From: the human T2T-CHM13v2.0 reference genome, Homo sapiens | Reading direction: 5' to 3' (one strand) | Assembly: GCF_009914755.1 (NCBI RefSeq) | Contig: NC_060929.1 | DNA: 64,000 bases | In this document: positions 15,845 through 29,047 of the stretch, in pieces | Layout: every line of letters begins with the position of its first letter | Numbering within the stretch: the stretch's first letter is position 1 | The notes under the pieces: generated by a model | What the model was told of the DNA's origin: nothing | Database searches by the model: none | What the model saw: only the letters and a program-made list of their open reading frames with translations | Made by a program: the position numbers and the translations under genes

Positions 15845-16480
15845 TTCATCTCCTCAAGCATTTATCTTTTGAGTTACAAACAATTCGATTCCACCCTTTA
15901 AGATATTTAAAAATGCACAATTAAGTTATTTTATTGACAGTGGTCACCCTATTGTGCTATCAAATAGTAGGCCTCACTTATTCTAACTATTTTTTGGTAC
16001 CCATTATCTATCCCCTTCTCCACTCCACAACCCCCATTACCTTTCCCAGCCTCTGGTAACCATCCTTCTACTCTCTATGTTCATGAATTTTGATTTTTCG
16101 ATCCTAAACATTTTGATTTTTAGATCCTACAATTAAGTAAGAACATGTAATGTTTGTCTTTCTCTGCCTGACACATTTCACATAATATAATGATCTCCAG
16201 TTCCATCCATGTTGTTGCAAATGACTGAATCTCGTTCTTTTTATGGCTGAATAGTACTCCATTGTGTACAGGTACCACTTGTTTTTTTATCCCTTCATCT
16301 GTTAATGGTCACTTAGGTTGCTTCCAAATCTTAGCTATTGTAAACAGTGCTGCAACAAACATAGGAATGCAGATATTTCTTCCATATGGTGATTTTCTTC
16401 CCTTTGGGTATATACCCAGCAGTGGGATTGCTGAATTGTATGATAGCTCTATTTTTAGTTTTTTTGAAAAACCTCCAAAA
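15845..16480 (-). mobile_element. L1MA-type 3' fragment
   Basis: L1MA 3'UTR (catctcctcaagcatttatc...ccagcctctggtaaccatccttctactctct) plus ORF2 C-terminus (16309..16521 [10 protein letters not shown]...[11 protein letters not shown]). Confidence 0.85.
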
Positions 16481-16646
16481 ATTATGTAGTTTTTTGATTT
16501 GTCTAAGTGTTTAATGTCCACAAAAGTTTCTAAGATGGGAATGCTCTTGTGAAATATTTAATGATGAATGAAACCTGGAAGTCACTCAATAATTATTTGC
16601 TGAACAAAATATGCCATTCTTGATTTTTAAGAACAAATAAATACTT

Positions 16647-16785
16647 GGCTGGGTGCAGTGCCTCATGCCTGTAATCCTAGCATTTTGGGAGGCGACGGCA
16701 GGTAGATCACTTGAAATCGGGAGTTTGAGACAATCCTGGGCAATACAGGGAGACGTTATCGCTATAAAAAACAACAACAAAAAAA
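16647..16785 (+). mobile_element. FLAM (free left Alu monomer)
   Basis: ggctgggtgcagtgcctcatgcctgtaatcc..., ~125-bp monomer plus A-rich tail. Confidence 0.85.
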
Positions 16786-16794
16786 GCATAACTT

Positions 16795-17028
16795 AATAGG
16801 AACTCACATTTATTGAGCACATTCTGTGTGCCAAGCACTACTAAGTACTTTATGTTGATTAAAAAAATCCTTGCATTATTCTATAAAAGTAAGCACTTAT
16901 TATAGATGAAGAAAAGCATTTAGAAAAGCTAAATAAGTTCGCCATAAAATTCTACAGCTATTAAATGACAGACCTATAATTTGAAAAGAGCAGTCTCATT
17001 TCATATTCCTCTCTTAACTACCGTATTA
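16795..17028 (-). mobile_element. MIR, near full length
   Basis: catttattgagcac...tgtgccaagcact...ttatagatgaagaaa...ctcttaactaccgta. Confidence 0.75.
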
Positions 17029-17534
17029 CATCCCTGTATTGTTGGCAGGTTCCTTGGATATGAAAGTCTTCTATGTGTTTGCTATCTACTTTTGGTATTG
17101 ATACTAATATAGAGCAATTTGAGAAGACTTGTAGAAACTGATTTAATCATTGCATCAGTTATATGGAAGTTTTCTTATAATGATTTATGCCAAACATTGC
17201 CAAACATTTATGCCAAACATTCATTACATGGGATAAAGATCTACTTAGTGAATTTGCATTTTGTCTCAATCAAAAATCATAAACCTAGGACTCCATGCCT
17301 GTCACACTTCTGCAATAAGACAAAGTCTCAATGAAAATATGTTTGCTTGCTTGGGTTGTTTAAATCATTTGTCATCAACTATTTTCTAGTAACTTATTGA
17401 ATAAATTCTACTCAGTATGATGTCCATTATATTGACCCTAATTTTTAGAGTATATTTGCTTTGTTTTAGGGAGTAAAAATTCCACAGCAAAAAGACCATC
17501 CATTATCTGATTTCCTAGGCGAGGGGAAAAAATT

Positions 17535-17555
17535 ATCTACCTGTCATCTATCTGC

Positions 17556-17615
<60 letters not shown>

Positions 17616-17630
17616 ACCTATCTACCCACC
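17535..17630. repeat. (TATC)n microsatellite
   Basis: 12 perfect TATC units at 17568-17615 with degenerate flanks. Confidence 0.95.
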
Positions 17631-17634
17631 TACT

Positions 17635-17815
17635 TATCAGGTAATACATGGCAAGAAGGAAACAAGCTGAGTGATACAAGGTGAATGAGAGAGCAGTTTC
17701 TGATAGGTGGATTATGAAAATCCTCTCAGTTGAGATGACATTTGAGCACATACTTGAAATAGGTGAGGAAGAGTTAGCTATAAAGATATCTGAGAAAAGG
17801 CTTTGCATTGAGGGG
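17635..17815 (-). mobile_element. L2 fragment (copy 1 of local duplication)
   Basis: L2-like tcctctcagttgagatgacatttgagcaca; homologous to 19760-19950. Confidence 0.6.
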
Positions 17816-18089
17816 ATTTGAGGGCAACTCTGTGGTAGATATGAGGATGCTAAGAGGGATAAAGGAGGAGGAAGCAAGGGGGTGTAAGGAGTCTAGGAGA
17901 CAAATTATAACTATTGCAAGTTTGCATGCATGTGTACACACACAGACACACCCCAGCCATTTTCATGCGCCTGTAGAATATTTGTTTAATGCAGTTTCTA
18001 CAAATGCAGTAAAATAATTGTTCCATAGTGTGACTTTATTACTCCATCTTTACTAGAAATTGATTGGTCCCCTCACTTTTGAAAACTGA

Positions 18090-18451
18090 TGATATGGTTA
18101 GGCTTTGTGTCCCTACCCAAATCTCACCTTGAATTGTAATCCCCATAATCCCCTCGTGTGAAGGGAGAGACCAGGTGGAGGTAATTGAATCATTGGGGTG
18201 GTTTTCCCCATGCTGTTCTCATGATAGTGAGTGAATTCTCACAAGATCTGATAGTTTTATAAGGGGCTCTTCGATTGGCACTTCTCCTTCCTACTGCCTT
18301 GTGAAGAAGGTGTCTTGCTTCCTCTTCACTTTCTGCCATGATTGTAAGTTTCTCCCCAGTCATGCTGAACTGAGTCAATTAAACCTGTTTCCTTTATAAA
18401 TTACCCAGTCTTGGGCAGTTCTTTATAGCAGTATGGAAATGGACTAATACA
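18090..18451 (+). mobile_element. solo MaLR LTR (THE1D-like)
   Basis: tgatatggtt...ggactaataca termini; TSD actga/gctga. Confidence 0.9.
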
Positions 18452-19619
18452 GCTGATGTTTAAGAAGTTCTACAATCCATGTATTTTTATTATGGGGAAC
18501 TGAGTTCCCCACAGTTAGGTGTTCTAGCTGTGAACAGTTTTCTTCTATATGCAAGTCTTTTTAAATCTCTTTTTCTTGTTTATTGATTTCAATGGTTGCA
18601 GTTTTGGTACTGTTCCAACTTTTAGATGAATAGTGGAAGTAGATTTCTAAAGTTCTAGTCTGCTGAAAGGAATTAGAACTTATATATATATTTTTTTTAA
18701 CCTGGGGGAATTTTTAAATGATCTGGTATGTCATTGCATCTTAATACTGTTGTGAATAAATAAAACATTTTTTAAAAGTCTATTTTGGCAGCAATAGCAA
18801 GATTCATTACTAACAAACTGGTCTTCATTCAGAAAATAAATGATATTTCAATTAGCAATTAGGGCTGATTTGTGAATACCAAAGTCAATAAATAGTCCTT
18901 CCTCCTTATTTTAAAAAAAGGTAAGGATGTGAAAATAACTGAGATGAGACAGGCACTTTGTTTTTTCCCAAATGTTGAGTACCAAAGCTCATTAGAGTAT
19001 CATTCAATAAGTAAAAAGTGGGAAAAGTATCTTGGCAGAGAAATTTACTTTTATAGGAATGATGCATTTGATATTTTAAATTATTGCTAAATGGTTTAGG
19101 AATCTTGTGAAATAATAGCAAGTATTTATTCAAATGTATAAAATCAGGAGACCAGTTCTGCCATACTGCCTGTACTTGTGTTTGGATGGATGAGTACTTT
19201 TCTGGGACTGGTTTTTAGTTCACAATAATGATGATGATGCTGAGAGATTCAATCAGATTAGCCTGATTTAGAATAGTAAATCACAAGGATAAAGAGGGTG
19301 TAAAGTTGCCAGATGCTTAAAACAAGCTGTAGAGGTACCATTCTCCCTGCTTAAATCTGAATAATTTCTTTGTTTCTACACACGCACCACCCATACACAC
19401 AATTTACCTTGATTTCATGAGAAAGATGGCTCCATTTGGAATAATGGTATTTCTAGTCCAAAAATAAATTCTTTTAATATCAGAATCTATTATTATTTTC
19501 AACTTTAAGAAACAAGTGGTAAAAATACCTGTTTATACATGCTTAAGGTCCAAATAATTATCTTTGTCCAACTCAACTTGATTTTGATTATTCAGCACAT
19601 CAAACCACACGTTAAAATT

Positions 19620-19702
19620 TTAAATTATATAAAATTTAAATTAAAATAATTAAATTTAAATTATATAAAATTTAAATTAAAATAATTAAATTTAAATTAT
19701 AT
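19620..19702. repeat. AT-only 36-bp tandem repeat (2.3 copies)
   Basis: aaaatttaaattaaaataattaaatttaaattatat at 19631-19666 and 19667-19702. Confidence 0.9.
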
Positions 19703-19950
19703 CTATTATCTGTCTGTCTGTCTGCCTGTCTATCTATCCATCATCTATCTACCTACTTACTTATCAGGTAATTATGTGTGGCAAGAAGAAAACTTGAGCT
19801 GAGTGAGACAAGGTGAAGGACAGTGCAGTTTCAGATAGGTAGATTATGAAAGGCCTCTCAATTGAGGTGACATTTGAGCACATACTTGACAGAAGTGAGA
19901 ATGCATTATCTATAAAGATATCTGAGAAGAGCCATTGCATCTCAAGGACT
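19703..19950 (-). repeat. TCTA/TCTG microsatellite + L2 fragment (copy 2 of local duplication)
   Basis: Aligns by eye to ~17560-17816 across the microsatellite/L2 junction (cctac..acttatcaggtaat). Confidence 0.8.
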
Positions 19951-20076
19951 TTTAAGATAATTAAATTTAAATTCAAAATAATTTAAATTCAATTCAATTT
20001 AAATTTTGTCTTTCAATTCTTTTTAAAAATTATTTTGAAGGCCTCTTCCAAAAAAATGATCATTGGCTATTTTTGA

Positions 20077-20407
<331 letters not shown>

Positions 20408-20781
20408 GCTATGTGCTTTTTCGTAGGTTGCTTTAAAAACATTTCATTTTTAATCAAGCTTGTTTTAATCTATATGAATATATATATATTTTATTATACA
20501 ATATCAACCGCACTTGCCAATCATACAATCAAGGATAACTTAATATTTTTGGTGTACAAAAAATAAAAGAAAAAAAGTAGAACTTGCACTTTCGTAGAGA
20601 GCTACAAAGGAGCCAGAGTTCTACATGGCACCTAAATCTCCACCACAATTAATAAGACAGATTAGAAAGTGAAAATCAAAATAATAAAATAAATAAATGA
20701 AAGGAAATATATATTGGAATATTTATAGGTAAAACTTAACTAGAAAGTAAACAAATATCTTAGGATAGAAAAGATAAAATG

Positions 20782-21108
<327 letters not shown>

Positions 21109-21635
21109 TTATTAGAGAGTATTTAATTTTGTTTCTTTGGAAAAGTAACATGTCCATAATAAATAATTCAAACAGCAATGAAATAAAAAAATAGAAAGCA
21201 AGTCAACTTCCCACAGTTGATCTTAGTTCTCCAGTCCTTGCTAGAGGCAATATCATTCCAGGAATTATTTACACAAATGCAGAAAAACAGTACATACATA
21301 ACTGAGTTAAACACATTCAGAAGCACACTTTCATTAGTTTCATTAATTTTGTATCTTGAGTTACTTAAGCATATATCTTGGAGATAGTTCCATTTCTGCA
21401 GTTAGAAATATACTTCTTTTTGTCTTGCTTTCCTTTAACTTTATTTGTGTGAACAGGTAATCGAGGCAATGTCATAGAATTCAAAAGTTGCAAAAATTAT
21501 AAAGCATAAAGTTGACTGCCCATTCTCCAGCATCCAGTCTTGTTTATTAGCAACAATCATGTGACCAATTTCTTGGTTATCTTTACAGAGATTTGCCAGA
21601 TATTTCATTGAGTTACAAGCACATGCCCCGTCCAG

Positions 21636-21668
21636 CACACACACACACACACACCCATGCACACACAT
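21636..21668. repeat. (CA)n microsatellite
   Basis: Direct CA run. Confidence 0.85.
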
Positions 21669-22329
21669 AAATTAAAGGTTGCTTCTTTTCCAACGTAATT
21701 ACTATGTTTTATTTAAAATATTACCTTGTTTTGTACTTCTCTTTTTTTTTTATGAGGGAGGCTGAGTATTTTCACATTTTTAGGCCAATTGCTTTTCTAT
21801 TTCTGTGAACTGTCTTCCTTTGTGTCTCCCATGTTTCTCTTGGGCTGTTAGTCATTTTTCATATTGATTGGGTAGAAATACTATATGTTGAGGTAATTTG
21901 CTGTATGTCTGTGATTTTCAGATGTCATGTGTTTTTGATTTTGCTTATTGTATATTTCCCATCACATAATTTTTATGCATTCAAATTTATCAAACTTTTT
22001 AAATGACTTCTGCCTTGGATTTGGGTTATTTAATAATCTGAAATTTAACTTGTAATCAAGTGTGTTATAAGAACCCATTTTTCCCAGATAGTCAGTTGTC
22101 CCAACACCATTTGTAGAATAATTTATTTTTAATATATATTTGAAATGTCAACTTTATTATATTCTGTGTTCTCAGATGTATTGAAGACTATCTCTTGGTT
22201 TCTATTTTAATCTTTGAATTTTCAGTTCTTCCATGAGTCAATGCCACATTTATTTATTCTGGATAAATAATATTTAATATCTAGTAAATATATTAATATA
22301 TCAATAATACTTAATGTCCAAAATATTAT

Positions 22330-22470
22330 TAAGGGTATTAAAGATATTAGTAATACTTAATATCTTTACTAATATTAGTAATACTTAATATTAGTAAAGT
22401 AATATCTTTACTAATATCTAGATATTAGTAAAGATATTAAGTATTACTAATATCTTTATTAATACCCTTA
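22330..22470. repeat. nested AT-rich inverted repeat / palindrome
   Basis: Arms 22330-22375 and 22422-22470 are reverse complements except for a 3-nt bulge; perfect 40-bp palindrome at 22400-22439. Confidence 0.92.
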
Positions 22471-22508
22471 TTACATTTTAAGAATTTTCTTTGCTCTTCT
22501 TGTATGGG

Positions 22509-22880
22509 TGATATGGTTTGGTTCTGTGTCTTCACCCAAATCTCATGTCAAATTGTCAAATCCCCACGTTTTGAAGGAGGGACCCGGTGGGAGGTGACTG
22601 GATCATGGGGGCGGTTTCCCGATGCTGTTTTCATGATGGTGAATGAGTTCTCACGAGAACTGATGGCTTAAAAGTATGTGGCAGTTCTCTCTCTCTCTGT
22701 ACCCTACTCTGCCATGCTAAGATGTGCTTGCTTCCCCTTTGCTTTCTGCCATGATTGTAAGTTTCCTGAGGCCTCTTAGCCATGCTTCTTGCAGAACTGC
22801 GAGTCAATTAAACCTCTTTTCTTCAGAAATTACCCTGTCTTAGGTAGTTCTTTATAGCAGTGTTAAAATAGACTAATACA
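22509..22880 (+). mobile_element. solo MaLR LTR (MSTA-like)
   Basis: tgatatggtttgg...gactaataca; perfect TSD atggg (22504-22508/22881-22885). Confidence 0.92.
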
Positions 22881-23238
22881 ATGGGTATTTTTCCAGGAGA
22901 ATTTTTTAATTGACTAATATAGTTTTACAAATCATAGATGAGTATAAACATTAGTACAGACATAATAGACACTGATATTTTAGGGGCACTGAATTATATT
23001 CATTGATTAACTTAAGCAGCATTGAGAATTTTCTGATTTTTGGTATTTCTTTCTGAGAATAAGATATTTCTTTCATTTAAAAAAACTGTATTTATGTTCA
23101 AAATAAGTAATTTAAGATTTTTTCATAGATTTTTTTAAACAAAAAATTCTTATTTACTCTGTTTATCTTTTTGATGTCATTTTATATTTTTTTCTGTCAT
23201 ATTTTAATGGATTGATTGTTATTTATTTGAAAAATCTC

Positions 23239-23524
23239 TAGCAAACTAATGCAGGAACAGAAAACCAAATACTGTCATGTTCTTTCTTATAAGTGGGAGC
23301 TGAACAATGAGAACACATGGACGCGTAGAGGAAAACAACACACTGGGAACTTTTGGAGGGTAGAGGGTGGGAGGAGGCAGAGGATCAGGAAAAATAATTA
23401 GTGGGTTCTAGGCTTAATACTTGGGTGATGAAATAATCTGTACAACAAGCTGCCATGACACAAGTTTACCTATATAACAAACCTGCACATGTACCCCTGA
23501 ACTTAAAATAAAAGTTAAAAAAAA
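23239..23524 (+). mobile_element. short L1 3' end (L1PA13-type)
   Basis: gcaggaacagaaaaccaaatac...gatgaaataatctgtacaac...cttaaaataaaagttaaaa. Confidence 0.88.
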
Positions 23525-23727
23525 GGGGACAAATAAAATCATCAACATCACATTATTAGATTTTTTTAATAGTAATCATTGTTAATATTAATGGTAGTAG
23601 GAGCAGCAGTGATGAGAATATTGATTCTCTTATCTAAGAAATCCAGTAATAACATTTGCAAAGAATGGTAATCTTTGTCCTTTTGCATTTATATGTAGCT
23701 AACAGATATTACAAAAATATATATAAA

Positions 23728-23976
23728 GGCTGGACTCAGTGGCTCACACCTGTAATCCCAGCACTTTGGGAGGCCAAGGCGGGTGGATCACTTGAGGTCA
23801 AAAGTTTGAGACCAGGCTGGCCAACAGGGTGAAACCCCATCTCTACTAAAAATACAAAAAATTAACTAGGCGTGGTGGTGTGCACCTGTTGTCCCAGCTA
23901 CTCAGGAGGCTGAGGCACGAGAATTGCTTGAACCTGGGAGTCAGAGGTTGTCTCAAAAAAACAAAAAACAAAAAAA
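23728..23976 (+). mobile_element. AluS with ~55-bp deletion in the right arm
   Basis: Dimeric Alu; gaggttg (23950) joins directly to tctcaaaa. Confidence 0.9.
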
Positions 23977-24210
23977 CTATCTATCTATCTATCTATCTAT
24001 CTATCTGTCTGTCTGTCTGTCTGTCTATCTATATCTATCTATCTATATCTAACAGAAAATACTAAGAGATGTATATGTACCCCTGTGCATATATATAACA
24101 TATATGTATAATGTATAACATATATTTCTATATATTACCTATATGTAATATATATATATAACATATATATACACACACACAAACATACACGAAATATGTA
24201 TAAATATAGA
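23977..24210. repeat. compound (TCTA)n(TCTG)n STR followed by (TA)/(CA)-rich low complexity
   Basis: Directly visible after the Alu tail. Confidence 0.9.
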
Positions 24211-24339
24211 TGCAAAAATGTTAAAAATGAATTGAGCAGAGTCATGGAAGATAATTACAAAAAAATAGACAATCTTTCTTTCAGAAAAGGCTCATGAAAA
24301 GGAACATTAAAGGGAAAAATGAGGCAGTTTATATTGCTG

Positions 24340-24393
24340 AAAAGTAGTATCCACAAAGTAGTATTCAAAAGTAGAATCCAAAAGTAGTGTTCC
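24340..24393. repeat. degenerate ~13-bp tandem repeat x4
   Basis: aaaagtagtatcc / acaaagtagtattc / aaaagtagaatcc / aaaagtagtgttcc. Confidence 0.75.
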
Positions 24394-25279
24394 TCTTTGG
24401 CTTAACGGTTGTTTAAAAGAGATTTTAAATATTTCTGGTGCTCTTGTTTGTTTGTGTGTTATTCATTTCTACTTTAGTTGCATTATGCTCAGAGGATATT
24501 GTTTGGTACTATTTTTATTTTAAAATTTATGGAGATTTTTGTGAGGCTTAATACATGGCTAGATTAATGAATAATCTTGGAGAAGCTTTAAAGAAGATAT
24601 TTTTTTGTTTACAGATTTAACTAATTGTGTAGGCTCTTTGGGTTTTCTCCGTTCTTGCTTTATTTTGTTTATACGATCTGTAACCTACTTACAAAGTACT
24701 TACAACTGTCTTTTTAAAAATTATTTCTTATTTTATTTCCTGATATTCCTGCATATGAATATTCATTGCATATTATTTGGGGCATAGATACTTTTAAATA
24801 TCAGAATTCACTGTGGATATTTCTTTTCAGCAATATGAACTGCCTCATTTTTCCCTTTTAATGTTCCTTTTCATGAATTTAGGCTTTTCTGACAGAAAGA
24901 TTGTCTATTTTTTTTAAATTATCTTCCATGGCTCTGCTCAATTCTTTCTCATCATTTTTGCATCTACATTTATACATATTTTGTGATATACTCTGAGAAC
25001 CTTTTTCAGTTTTAGGATGAACTTTCCCTATTTACACTTATTAATATAGGTATTTCTATCCCAAATACATCTCTTATGTCATGCTTTCTGTATCCATTGC
25101 TTCTTTTTAAGTCTTTCTGTATAAGGTGTATATTTTTGTCTTTAGGTTCTTTTATATTTTTCCTGAGATTTTGATTTGGTTATTACTTTTACCTTTATAT
25201 TATTGCTATACAAGGAGTAGCCTCTGAACTATTGCTGGCCTACCAACTGTTGGTTACTGGTTCATACTGAGATGAGTAC

Positions 25280-27720
25280 AAACTATGAAAATATGCATTT
25301 AAAAAGTACAGGATTTGACATTGATGCAATATTGACATCCAAGCAGATGATTATTGACGTAGGTAGGTGAACTAGACAGTGTAGACCAGTTGCGATGTTA
25401 CTGTGCTCATATGAGTCACAGGTAGCAAGACATGCATACTAGTTGTGTTTAGTAGGATTATGATATAATGCATAATACTTTAATTTGCCAACAGTGATGA
25501 TTGTATAAGTAAACTGGGTAAAATGTAAGAATTCTCAGTAAAAATTAGAAAGTTAGAACAGAATTTCTCCAGATAGTTTTTAAGTATTCCATAATTAACA
25601 ACAATTACTAATGAAGTAGGTGATTATATTGGTGCTGAACATCTGCAAAAAGTTATTGTCAAGCATTTCATACATTTGACACAATACTTGGATTTTATTT
25701 CCAATGAAAAATTTGTATTAGGTCAGATTGGTAATTCATGTAATCATTTATTTTATTGAAAGGTAATTTAAATTTAACTTTTATATTATGTATAATTAGA
25801 ATGTCTACCAAAAAGGAATTAAAGAGGAATTTTTATTTTTAAAGTGCAAATAAATAAATAAAAATTCTATACAAACACATTTATAAAAATATTTTAAATT
25901 AATATTAAAATTATAAAAATAAGTGAAGCATAAATAATTTAAAAGTTATTAAGGCCTCATTTACCTCATTTTAGACAGAGAGTAAATATAAATATTATTA
26001 ATTTCTTAACATGGCTTTACAATATCTTCTTTATTCCAGGCAATATAACTTTTAAGAATGGTTTCTCTACTATGAGTATTAATAAAGTAATACATAGAAA
26101 CAGTCTAGTTATACATTATCCATTGTGAGAAACATTATTGTCAATCTAAACCAGAAGAGTTAACAATCAAGAAGCACATTTATATCAAAATGTTAAATAT
26201 TGAGAAGTATGGTGTTTGCTTAAAGTATGAATTTAATATGAAGAATTACTATACAGTTACAAATTTTTATTTAGTTATAATAAAACATTAGTGTCTAATA
26301 GTAATTCATCTATGTATTAGCTATATGGATATAATCGATAAACAATATGTACAGTTTCATTATTATTTTAGTATTTTTGTTATTTATAGTTTTCAGATTA
26401 TATTTATTAATGTAATTTTATGTCTTTGGAGTATAACAATACAATAGGGGATATGTATTTAGTGTATCTCTTTTTTCTGGTAGTTTTTATTTTGTATTGA
26501 GGTATAATTTACAATAAAATTTATCATACTATACATTTCACCTAGTATGAGTGCACTGCTCAACAATTTTTTGGTAAATTTGTATAGTTTTGCAAGCTTC
26601 ATCACCATCTAGTTTTAGAATACTTTCATGAACCAAAAAAGCTCCCTTGCACTTCTGTGCAGTCAATCCATGCTCGTATGCCCAGCTCCAAGAAAGCACG
26701 GGTCTGCTTTCCTTCTTTATAGCTTTGTCTTCTTTAGAAGTTTCATATAAATGTAATCTCACAATGTGTGGTTATTTGTATCCAGTTTTTTTTTTCAACC
26801 TAACCTAATAATTTGATCTTTATTTACATTGTAGCATGTATAGGTTGTTTCTTTCTATTGCTGATTTGTATGTTTTTGCATATTCACACAATGAAAAACA
26901 ATTTTCATTTTATATATCTATTCACCATTTGATGGATATTTAAATTTTTTCCAGTTGTTGGCTATTATGAATAATGCTGCTACAAATATTCACATAAAAG
27001 TTTTTTTTCTTCCATTTGAGTCTATACCTAGGAGAAAAATTGCTGTGTCCTGTTGTAAGTACACATTTAATTTTATAAGAGACTCAAACTTTTCTGAAGT
27101 GGATATACCTTTTATCTTCCAACCAAAACTGTGTGAGATTTTAGTCTCTCCATATCCTTACCAATTCTGTGTATCATCAATCTTCATTTTAGCCATTCTA
27201 GCAGATATGTAGAAGCTCATTGTGGTTTTATTTGCATTTGTGTAAGACTAATGATGCTGAGCATCTTATAATGTAAATCCGTCTATCAATATATGTGTCA
27301 GTTGAGAAACCCATTCAGAGTTTAGCCAGTTTTTGACCCCTGTGAAATCAAGTCTTCTGATTTGGGCCCTGAGCTGGTAAAACTACTGTTGTCAGCTGCT
27401 GGGGGCAGAGGTATGAATGTATCCAGGAAAGAATGTCAGAGATTTCTGCCATTCTTATCTGAAGCTGTAACAATTTTTCTAGAATAAACACTTTGCAAGT
27501 TGTTGTCTATATTACATCAATTTTCAGAGCCTATTAAATGGCTACTTTGACAATCTTATTCAATTTTATACCTGTTCTTCTTCATACAAACACAGCTAGA
27601 AGGATCACATTTGGTTATTAATTTTTAGTATGTAAAAGTATCAGTTTGTGATGGACTGGAAATTTTAAAAAGGAAGAAAAAAAACCCTGCTCTTCACCAC
27701 AGATAGCTTGAAAAGCACTG
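25280..27720 (+). mobile_element. hAT-Charlie DNA transposon relic, interrupted by L1M
   Basis: 26057-26110 translates to a hAT dimerisation-like motif (ggtttctctactatgagtattaataaa...catagaaacagtcta = GFSTMSINK..HRNSL). TIR-like end caccacagatagcttgaaaagcactg at 27695-27720. Left boundary is uncertain. Confidence 0.6.
26480..27270 (-). mobile_element. old L1M (MB/ME-type) 3' fragment
   Basis: ttgtattgaggtataatttaca...gctattatgaataatgctgctacaaatatt...ctaatgatgctgagcatc. Confidence 0.8.
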
Positions 27721-29047
27721 CTTCTTATTAATCAAATCTTTTTCCTTTATATAGAATTTATTTATTCCCTACTGTGATTAATAGCATAATTGGTTACTTT
27801 AATTTTTCTTCATTCTCTCCCTTCTACACTTGATTTAAGTAAATTATATCATTTTCCCAGTATTTAATTTTGTAGATTTAAATTAATATACAGATGCTTT
27901 TATTACCCCTTTACCAACTATAAATATTAATCTAAAACCCAGACACGAGACATGACAAAATTGGTCTACTTAAACTTCCACTTGTCTCTTTCTCAGTTCA
28001 TTTTTCAAAATTTTGTTAATTATAAAATGTCTATATCATCAACATTCATATCATTTACAATATCTTCTGTAATCTTTATCTCATCTGCTTTAATATGAGA
28101 CCTAAAGTAAAATAGATTCAATGATCTCTACCAGATTGATTTTTTTTTGTGGTTTCCTCAACATTTTGTTAGTTGAAATAAATATCAAGCTCTTCTTCAA
28201 TTGCTTCTTCAAGCAATTCCTGCAGAGGAATTCATGAAAATAGATTATGTGAGTCTTTGCATGTTCTTTTATTTGTCTGTTACCCACAGAAGAGAATGAC
28301 CAAATTTTGAAGCCACACCTTCCTTTATGACTTTGTAGGTATTATTCCTACTAGCATTGAATATTACTCAAATAAAAGGGTGTGCTGACTTTTTTTCCTC
28401 CTTTTGGTAGCTTGATTTATATATCTGGATATCCAAAAACTTTACTAGGGTATGTTTCAGTGTTGACCACTCTGTGTCATTTTTTTTGTGTGCATGTGGC
28501 ATGGAGTGCCTTTTTAACCTATTGATTAAAGAATTCTCTTAAAAGTGTTTTCATTAAATTTCATTTTCTCATTTTTGTTTTGTACACTATTATAGTTCTT
28601 CTATTTGGGAAACCAGATAGGCATATGATGGTCTCTTTTGGCTTATCTTCCTTAATATTTATTTTGTAGTCATCATTATTGTTTTTTTCATTTTCATTTT
28701 ACTTCATTTACCTTTTTAAGTACTGTTTTTTATGTTCTTCATTCTATTTTCAGTGGTATCTACTGTGTCTTGAGCCCTTTCAGTTATATATTACATTTCT
28801 TTCTCTTTTTCCACTCTTTCTCTTTTTCTAATTTTTTACTGAGTTATGCTAACTTAAATTTCATCTCCTTCTACTTCCCTCCATTGCAACTCTGAGCAAT
28901 TACATCTCTGGTTTTACTCTTTGTTATAGAAACAGTTATTTCTTAATTTTGTAAATTTATGGAGATGATTTAGTCAAACTTCTGTTCTATGATGAAAATT
29001 TTCTGGTGAGTGTTCTTCTTCTGCTCTTTCTCTGCGTTGGTTTCATC

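Larger units (their letters stand above)
21120..23225 (-). mobile_element. highly degraded L1ME-type sequence (interrupted by MSTA and palindrome)
   Basis: Patchy antisense L1 ORF2/3' similarity (cagttgtcccaacaccatttg; ttttctatttctgtgaactgtc). Confidence 0.5.
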
